Positions 55,331 through 64,000 of a stretch of DNA of 64,000 nucleotides are shown here, one piece after another; position 1 is the first letter of the stretch, and every line of letters starts with the position of its first letter. The translations under genes and the position numbers were made by a program. Location: NCBI GenBank assembly GCA_951406725.2, contig OX597818.1:118234001-118298000 (forward strand), given 5' to 3'. The DNA comes from Octopus vulgaris (Eukaryota). The notes under the pieces were generated by a model. The model was given only the letters and a program-made list of their open reading frames with translations. It made no database searches and was not told where the DNA came from.

Positions 55331-55621
55331 AGATAGCTAGACATTCACTGTAAGTTGGTTGTTATTGGACTTTCAACATCTACTGTTTAAGCTATATCCC
55401 CAACTAAGCTTTACGTTTAGCACACCCATTAACTACTTAGGTATATCAAATATTAGTAGACGAGTTAAAAGACATTTATACACATGTGATGAAGATACTA
55501 GTTTTCCCAAAGTCATGACCTTCATCGCATTTGACAGTGTACTGTTTCGACAGATATAAATTTCCTTCATTTTTGGTTTAGCGTGATTGTGCGTGTATAT
55601 GTGTCTGTATGTGTATGCATA

Positions 55622-55660
<39 letters not shown>

Positions 55661-56298
55661 ATCTATGCTTGCACGTATGTGTGCGTATGCAGTCTGATTC
55701 ATATTACATTATCTATAGATCACGTTGCATTCACCAACGTGATGTAGTCTAGCTTGGCATAATGTGTACATAGATTTCATAGTAAAGGGATTTTTATATT
55801 TGTGTTTTCGCTTACACTCAGATAAGAAAATTTCGCATCGAAATTTTTTAAACTACTTAAAAATGTAAACATAACAGCTCCACCTGCATAGTATACGATA
55901 AATCATTTTTCTGTAAACTTTACTCAAAATTAAGACAAGTGTTCGAATGTATTGAGAGCAACACACATTTTTAAATACATGCTTGTCGAAATATGTTAGA
56001 ATATTACGTGTGCTTGTGAAAGAGGATATAATTGTAAAGTATACATTTAGTTGTTTATGTATATATGTTTTTTTAAAATCTTATTCTTGTTTGAGTCGCA
56101 TCCTTGAAAGGTTTAGTTAAGTAAATCGACTCCCATACTCAATTTCGTTATGTCTGGTACTTATAGTATCGGCCGCTTTTGGCGAACTGCTAAGTTATGG
56201 GGATGGATACAAACAGCACTATTTGTCAAGCAGTGCGTGGAGAACCAGTGCTATAGCACTGTGAGAAGCAAGCTGACTTGCCTACAGACGGACATACT

Positions 56299-56357
<59 letters not shown>

Positions 56358-56574
56358 TGTACATTTAAACACATAAGAGGCATCCATCACGCTAGATAGA
56401 ACAGTTAAATTTCAAACCACTATTTGGGATAAATCTTCGAAGTGGATGAAAAAAAAAAAAACATTTATAATCTAAATCCTGGACCATGGTTTCAGACATT
56501 TTTAGCAAATAAAATTATTTGCTAGGCGATGTCTTCTACACCAGGTACACCTTAGATTAAATATATATATGGGA

Positions 56575-56960
56575 CGCGCTCTATTAAACTCGGAATGTTT
56601 GGAAGAACCCCATTGACCCAATTTGCTGACTTTTCCGATGGCACGAAGGTCTTGATAAATGGCTGAATGACCAAATCCAAGCTACTCTGCTAGTTCCTCA
56701 ACAGTTTCGATGAGATTTTGTTCCACTAGAGTTTGTAGAGCTCTACAGGGCTTCCAGGACGAGGTTGGTATTCTAGGTAGTAGTTTCCCGCCCAAAATTT
56801 CTGGAATCACCGTTGACGCTGGCTTACGATTATTGTCGGTTCCCCATATGCAGCATTAATATTCCTCGGACTTTCCGCTACGTTGCTGCTTTTATACATC
56901 TCATAAAGCAAAATATTCCGAAAATGCTCTTTTCTCACTTCCATTATAACTTTGACAAAT
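56575..56960 (-). mobile_element. Mariner 5' fragment (same family as 58660-59755)
   Basis: Collinear with about 59352-59740 (KEHFRNILLYEMYK...). Confidence 0.85.
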
Positions 56961-57029
56961 TCTGTTTGTTTTGTTTTGCAAAAATAAAGGACAATTTAGG
57001 ATTGAGTTTTATTTTCTCAATGGCCTAAT

Positions 57030-57540
57030 TCTCCTCAGCCGCTCTTTGTTAATGATGGTTATCATGTTCTTTGGAGGTTGTGTGTTTTGAACTCGAGTCT
57101 TGCAATGGCAATCAAATGGGTCCTTTGCTGCTGGCAGTATTTAAAATGGTTGATTTTCTTGTTAATTCTTTTAATTCTTTTATAATTGCTCTTCTATTTC
57201 TAGAGATTCTGCACTTGTAATGGAGTATGTTTTGTGCATATATTTCTTAGTGTCAACAAATGTCTGCCAGGATGTGTTTATGTTGGTGAGTGTGTGTGTG
57301 TGTGTGCACGTGAAGGTTCAATCAACTTGAGTAAGATCATGATTGATTGCATCCCAGTATGCGCTATGAAGATCCATAGTGTCAAATGGATGGGATAGAG
57401 AAGTATCATTTGGTTTGATATTTGAATGGTAGAATCTCTGATCGCAGAGAACCATGTCATGGGCTGAGATTAGTGGTGTTTTTGCCCACTGCAATATTGT
57501 GGATAGTGTCAGTATGCTTACTGAATACTAGGTCCTTTTC
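57030..57540 (-). mobile_element. CR1/L2-group LINE ORF2 remnant (end of AP endonuclease plus linker)
   Basis: DLVFSKHTDTIHNIAV.. / LISAHDMV (SDH motif), DLHSAYWDAINHDLTQVD, and INTSWQTFVD..ICTKHTP. Confidence 0.7.
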
Positions 57541-58303
57541 CATGTATTAAGAGATCTTGTTGTGATCTTCTCTCATAATGCAGGGAAACGGTTGCATAAC
57601 CAACTACATGCAAGCCTAGAGAATTACGTTATGTAGAAACAATTGTAGTGCTTGCAAATAAATCTCCAACCGAACTCCTTGTTGACTCCAACTTTTTCAA
57701 TTATTTAATCATATACTACAATATAACACTACTGCTGAATAGAACAGCACTAAATCTGAAGGCTGACAAGCTTTATACTCTACTCAACTACGTTATATAA
57801 CTACATATGCAGAAATCTATACGCGCATATATTATGAATTAAAATATTGTCGAGCATAAGACAGCCTCCGGAGATCTCTGTTTCACTTGTTTACCCCTAA
57901 GTACCAGCTTTGAAACACTTTTGCAAGTGTTTGCAACTATCTTACGTAAACAACAGAAAGCCCTTGACCTCGTAGTTTAACTGACACATTGGAACATACC
58001 GCACCTTTTTATTCCACTCACTGATTCCAACAACGCATTGGGTACGTTTAGAATTTGTGCATTCTTAACCACCACTTCCCAATTATTCCCCAAACAACAG
58101 CAGTTTTGTTCCTGTTTCCACGTCTATTTTTAATGAACAAGTTCTATTTTTAAGCATTGTATGTTTTGTTTAATCATAGTATATTTTGAAATTCATATTA
58201 TTTCCAGCACTGAATCATTGTTAAATGGAATCACAATTCTCTATATTAGATATTTATATCGAAAACAGTTTATTAAAAATAACACATCTTGCTGCTACTG
58301 CTG

Positions 58304-58385
<82 letters not shown>

Positions 58386-58595
58386 CACAACTACCACAAC
58401 ATACATTACGTCTAATATATTTGTAGCATTTTTTTATTTGTTTTAGAAACTAATTATTCATAAACATTTCGTACAATTTTTTTCTGTTCATATTTTGTTC
58501 TTCATTATATTTGCTCGAACGTTATGTAGTGTGTCGGCAAAAAATATTTGTTGTGTTATTTAAGATTAAACACAATGCAAATATATATACACTTA

Positions 58596-58659
<64 letters not shown>

Positions 58660-58663
<4 letters not shown>

Positions 58664-59755
58664 TTGGTTGACCCCATATATATGTTGTTTTTCATACTTC
58701 TTTTATTTTTCAAATTTAATATGAACAAAGTTATTTTTATTATCTAAAATATACTCTCCTTCATTTTCACATTGCTCTCCCATCTCATTTGTAGACTTGC
58801 AAGGACCCTCTTTAAAAATTCATATGTCTGTGACGAAAAATTCTCCTCCAGTACCTTTCTGACCCCTTCTACAGATTTCATATTTTACCTTCCAGATGAT
58901 TTTGAAGTCTGCGGAATAAATGATAATCAGATGAGGCAATGTCTGGCGAATATGGTGAGTGGGGCATCCTTTCCCATTCAAACTGCTCCAGCCTTTGGAA
59001 TGTCATCCTTGCTGTATGTGGTCGAGCTTTATCCTGATAAAAGAACACTTTTCATCTTTAAACCAAAGATGGTCGTTTTCCTTCTAGCGCTGACATAAGC
59101 CCCTCATGCTATTCGCAGTAGATCTTCTCTGTTAACCCTTGGTTTGGGTTTAATAGTTCAACGCGGGCTAAACTTTTCATATGCCACCAAACAATACCTT
59201 ATGTGGGTGCTGGTGTTTCTCCTTACTCTATCCACTGTCTTCGGCTCTTGGCATTTTTATAGAGAACCCATTTCTCATCACCCGTTACTATTCGATACAA
59301 AAGGGTTTCATTCGTGAGACGTGACAGCAAAGAATATCCCACATTCACCCTCTACGCGCGGTTAAACCTCGGAAAGTTTGGGAGGAAACCATTTTGCCCC
59401 AATTCGCTGGCTTTTCCGATGGAACGCAGGTCTTGATGAATGACTGAAGGCCCAAATGGAAGCTTCTCTGCTAGTTCTTCAACATTTACGATGGGATTTT
59501 GTCCCATCCGGGTTTGAAGAGCTCTACAGATCTTCCAGGACGAGGCTGGTCTTCTAGGTAGTAATTTCCGGCTCAGAATTTCTGAAAACACCCGTAGACG
59601 TTGGCGTACGCTTATTGTCCGGTCCCCATATACAACATTAATATTCTTCGCACTTTCCGCTACGTTTTTGCCTTTATACATCTCATAAAACAAAATATTC
59701 CGAAAATGCTCTTTTCTCGCTCCCATTATAACTTTGATAAAAAGAACTGTTCATA
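58660..59755 (-). mobile_element. Near-full-length degenerate mariner transposon
   Basis: N-terminal HTH region (ORF 59352-59726) and catalytic motifs QDKARPHTA and PHSPYSPDIASSDYHLF, with multiple stops and frameshifts. TIR-like TATTTTGGTTGACCCCATA at 58660. Confidence 0.92.
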
Positions 59756-60279
59756 TATATATGTATATATACAGTGACTGATTGATAGGACAGGTGAGAA
59801 ATGTAACAAGTAGGAAGAGTAATGCGAAAGGTCAAGGTGAAAAGATTCTAGCACCATATTCTGTAAAAAGCCACGTCGAATACATCAGTAAAATTGCCTC
59901 GGTCGTCCAGTAACAACTCATGCCCGAGACAATGCTGCTATAATTGTCCCAATAATTTTGAGATTCATTTGGTGGAAATCTTGCAGTATGTTTAACTTAA
60001 TTTTTTTGCAGCGATAACAATGAATCATGAGACAAAACAGCAAATAAAATACAAGGAAACTACAGCTGTCATGTCTGTGAGTGAAAATTGTGTCTGCGAA
60101 CATTGCTAACAAACAAGTTTAAACAATGGAAAGCACAAGAGTTTTTAACAAAAGTCAGTCCTGGAAGTTATGAATCAAATATTTTGCACAGTACTGACAA
60201 ATATTCTGTAAGTAAACAGAAATTTCTCTTGAGAAATATTGTGCTACTTGTGTATAATTATTTCTGAATCTCATCAAGG

Positions 60280-61616
60280 TTTCTACATCCTCTTCACAAA
60301 CTCCGTTATTGTACCCTCTAGCTAGTAGTTTTCCATTAAATCCTTTGCCCTCTCAAGAAATTATAGGTCAAAATATTTAATCTTGAAGCGTCTGCTGCAC
60401 CTAACAGTGCTTATTTGTATATTTTTAGGGTTTACTTACATATTGTTTTCTTAGATATAATTTTTATTAATTTCGCAGGGATTGATGCATTTCCATTCAT
60501 CAGCTCTCTTCAAACTAGCTTCTCATCAGCTAGGGTTATAATTCCTGCACATAGAGAACGGATATCTTACACTAAGTGACTCATCCTCTTAGCAGTCATA
60601 TCTTCTCTTTTCCTTCATCATGGTATTTCTTCTCGCCTCTCCACTCTTTCCATTATCCTAGTTTTCCTGTTTTCTCTTTCACAATCAGAACGTGTTTGGT
60701 TTTGATAAGTAGTAACAAACGTTTCAGCAATTTTAGCTGACAACATTTTCAAATTCTTGAAATAAACACTCATAACACAGAATTATTTCTCGGGAATGAC
60801 ATAAGAATTCATCTACTTGCTTCAGTACTGTGGAATTCATTTCTTTCTAGCTTTCTAAAATATCCTGACGATCTTCTAGATTCTTGGTGCGGTTTATATC
60901 TTGAAACATTCATTTGCTGTCGATGATATGCTTGATTTCATCGTTACCTCAGAAACAATTACCCATATCACTTTTTTTTTGCTAAAAATTCAAACAAACT
61001 CTTGTTTCAGTGATAATATATTAACTTAGTCTTCTTTCCCTATTAATATTCGATTGTATGGATGTAGCTAATACGAAACTCTAGCGGAATAAACTTTTGA
61101 AAGTCGTTTCCAAGTTCTTAAGTTTTGAAATATTATAGTCTTCGTGACGGGAATGGCTATTTGCCTTTTTTGTTTGTCCAGAAACCAACTGCCATTATCA
61201 TCTTTAAAGTTAGTGATTGCCACGCATTGATGACACTACGGTGCCTGTTCAACACCCATCGGCACTAAAATCTGTTCTGAAGATGGGTGTATCCTTTGTA
61301 TTCTGCTTTCTGACCTTGTTGACATGCTACGGAAGATACATCTGGACAATTGGTACATCCATGTGTACTTAAATTAATTGATGTGTCGGATTCGAATGCA
61401 TGTGCCGAACAAACAGAAACTGCTTCGGAGAAGCCCATTGAAGGTACAATAGTGAAGATATCTTTCCATAACTGATTATGTCTTCCACCTTTTGTGCAGG
61501 ATTATTTTAAGTGAAATTATAGGCTCTTGGAGAACCAAATAATGCTACCTGGATATTGCACTTGAACATATTCAACTAGTCTGAATTTGGAGAGGTGTAA
61601 TAGATTTAGTTTGGTG

Positions 61617-61620
<4 letters not shown>
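60280..61620 (-). mobile_element. Highly decayed PLE remnant, apparently with GIY-YIG upstream of the RT thumb
   Basis: Frameshifted NL.Y...CTNCP...V.MSTR...RI..H (about 61375-61287), LKNLET and LHPY (about 61105-61055), and FLERAKDL/KLLARGYN (about 60360-60308). Starts next to (TA)n. Confidence 0.45.
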
Positions 61621-61662
<42 letters not shown>

Positions 61663-64000
61663 GCGCCATAAACCATTTGTCGGTTACTTTAGTGTCCTGA
61701 AAATTCTTGATTATGCTCACAAACCAACTGTTTCGGCCCTTTTCGTCGTTCCGTGTTGCCGCTTTTACCAAAAAGTGCAGAATTTGAAAATGTTTCCTCT
61801 GAGAAACTGTTCTCTCGCAGTGCCACGACATCGGTTTTGAAAAGAGGGAATAGTTTTTAGATGTAACGTACATTGTTTTAATCTTTCTGTGATATTAATT
61901 TCAACATGTTTACTTAGATTTTATGCTTCAAAGATCTTGGATCAATTTTTGTATTTTTCAACCGAAGGAAGGATGAGACACTGATTGCAGTTTCTCAAGA
62001 AGTGACTAGAATCTAAAATTTCAAAGCTCCATGCAGAGTGAAATAGAAATACCTAGACATAAATGTAGAATTTGAACCCACTATAAGCTACATGCTCTTG
62101 AGAAGGTAATAGTCACACAACTAACGCAAACATTCAGATCTAGACTAGAAACCCTAATTAACACGAAATCTATTTTCCTTGTCCTTATCGCAACACCATT
62201 AGGCTATTGAAGCAAGATTAATATAAAATAAATTTGAAGGAAATATAAAATGTAAGCGAGATTGAAAGCCTCGATTACTTTACAGCGCCAAGAGAGTGAT
62301 TCACACTGGTCGCAGTACAAACCTCTGTCGCATTGACGGAATTGGACAGACAGCTCAAGATAATGAAATAGCGACAGAACTCCGCTGACTCGTTTTGTAG
62401 TATCGTTCTTGGCGTCTCTTTGGCAAAACGTCTGACGTTGCCCTCCTCTGCCATTTTAAATGCTTTTGAGATCAAGCATTGTTGTTGTCTGCAACTGCTT
62501 GTTCTGCCGCTAGAGCCTTCAATTGAATTTGTTCGTGTTTATTTACATTGCCGCCATGGGTGGATCTACCAAACGCACTACACACCCGGCGGCGTAGTTT
62601 TTTTAGCTCATTTAAACATGCAAATCCTCGGCTAACCCAAGAAAAGACAGTCAGGGCGATATATATGCGTGTGTATGTGTATCTGTGTTCATGTGTATGC
62701 CCATGTCTGTGTATACTTTACTATACATAGCCTAAGTATGCACACAACCACAATTACACAAATGTTCGTTCACATACACAAATATACACTCACTAACGTA
62801 TATGCAACTCTCATCTCTCAAATATATTGCATAATCACGCACAAGTAAATTCCCTAGAAACCTAGAGCACTTATTCCTTTGTTTTTATTATTATTTTTAT
62901 ATTCACATTCTCGTGTCTTTTACCACAACATCGTTTTATTATTTTTTACGATTTCACATTTATTCACAAACATAACAATTTATCGTCGGCTTGCCATCTT
63001 GTTATACTCCTGTGGTCTAACAGAAAGTTGTCTTTTTCTGTCTTTTCAATTACCATTTTCAATCTATAGCTTTAATGCAGACTACTTTATTTTTTTGGCT
63101 TCATTTTTCCAATTTCTATTTATATTTATTTTCTAACGGATGTTTTGTAGCTCTTTCTTACTTTGTCTACAATTTCTGTGTCCTTTATTCTCACGCTGCA
63201 CAAACCACAAATAAGGCGTGTTTAAATACATTTTGCTAAAGACATTTGTTTCTAGAATGAAAATCTGCCCTATATTGTCCTTTTCTGTTATTCTTTTATT
63301 CTGTCTGCCATCCTCCAAATATTAGGGATGTGACTTGAGTGCTTTATACACGTTTTATAATATGATTCACAACATGAAATGCTACAGAGATTAAAGATCT
63401 CCTTCATAGCAGTTTTCGGGATGGTAAGTTTCAATTATACGAAACGCGTACTACGCGACAGAGTGTCTGAAGGCACACGAGTCAGATATATAGCGCGTAT
63501 TATGGTGACATGGAGGCGCGATCCACTGCAAACAGTTGTAATATTTAACTCCTAGAACATAACGTAATTATTTAAGCAATTACAAGGGGGTCACTGGTGT
63601 AATACAACAGCAAAAGCTAAAAGAAATTAAATAACATTGGCGAAGGATGACCCGAATGTCAAGATAACAGACACAGTTCTGTACAGTCTATTTCATTGGC
63701 ATGACTGAAAGTAACATCTACTCGGTCAATCCGCCTGCTTGATATAACCAGCAACAATTCCCTGGAATTAAGCTATACATTATTAAAAACTACAGAAGGA
63801 TAAATTCCTCCTTATTATAAGAGAAAGTAGCCACAAAGAGAACATATACCTTCGATCGAATCCATCTACTTAAAGAGTGAATAGATTTATTTAATGAAGG
63901 GGAAACGTTATTTGCAGATTCTGCGCGAAGGGAGAAGGTCTCTCTACCCAAAGAAAGAATGGAGATTTCTGCAGCTAAACCCACTGCGCTATGGTGGGTG

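Noticed and set aside
59960-60035. SECIS-like hairpin downstream of the putative permuted PLE
   Set aside because: The ATGA region pairs by Watson-Crick complementarity; there is no tandem G-A quartet geometry.
60480-60540. Two CTGATGA boxes on the minus strand, one followed by GAAA-TGCA-TC
   Set aside because: No stem I complementarity or credible stem II could be drawn.
62275-62640. MAEEGNVRRFAKETP.. resembling a Crypton-like N-terminus
   Set aside because: Similarity is only a few residues, with no second copy or termini in the window.

Overview
AT-rich eukaryotic intergenic or intronic DNA, saturated with microsatellites and transposon debris. The repeat content resembles a coleoid cephalopod (Octopus-like); this is inference from repeat style, not a database match. 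No host protein-coding exon, rRNA, true tRNA or CRISPR array could be supported, and most ORF-track entries are translations of (TA)n, (CA)n or (TAA)n. The window contains: (i) a nest of R4/Dong-type RLE retrotransposons stacked in one orientation in (TAA)n at about 42.0-47.7 kb, with a smaller cluster at 5.5-7.0 kb, each holding the same unexplained ~555-bp non-coding element; (ii) three tRNA-derived SINE families, including head-to-tail arrays; (iii) Helitrons, one with RepHel remnants and 23-aa STPR-like repeats; (iv) mariner, maT-like, Harbinger-like, CR1-like and L1/Tx1-like remnants; (v) many Penelope-like-element (PLE) terminal fragments with type I hammerhead ribozyme motifs from unrelated families. 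The most unusual observation is a repeat family (3 copies) whose three hammerhead core strands appear in an order matching none of types I, II or III. All alignments, folds and identities were read by eye, and edges of degenerate elements are approximate.
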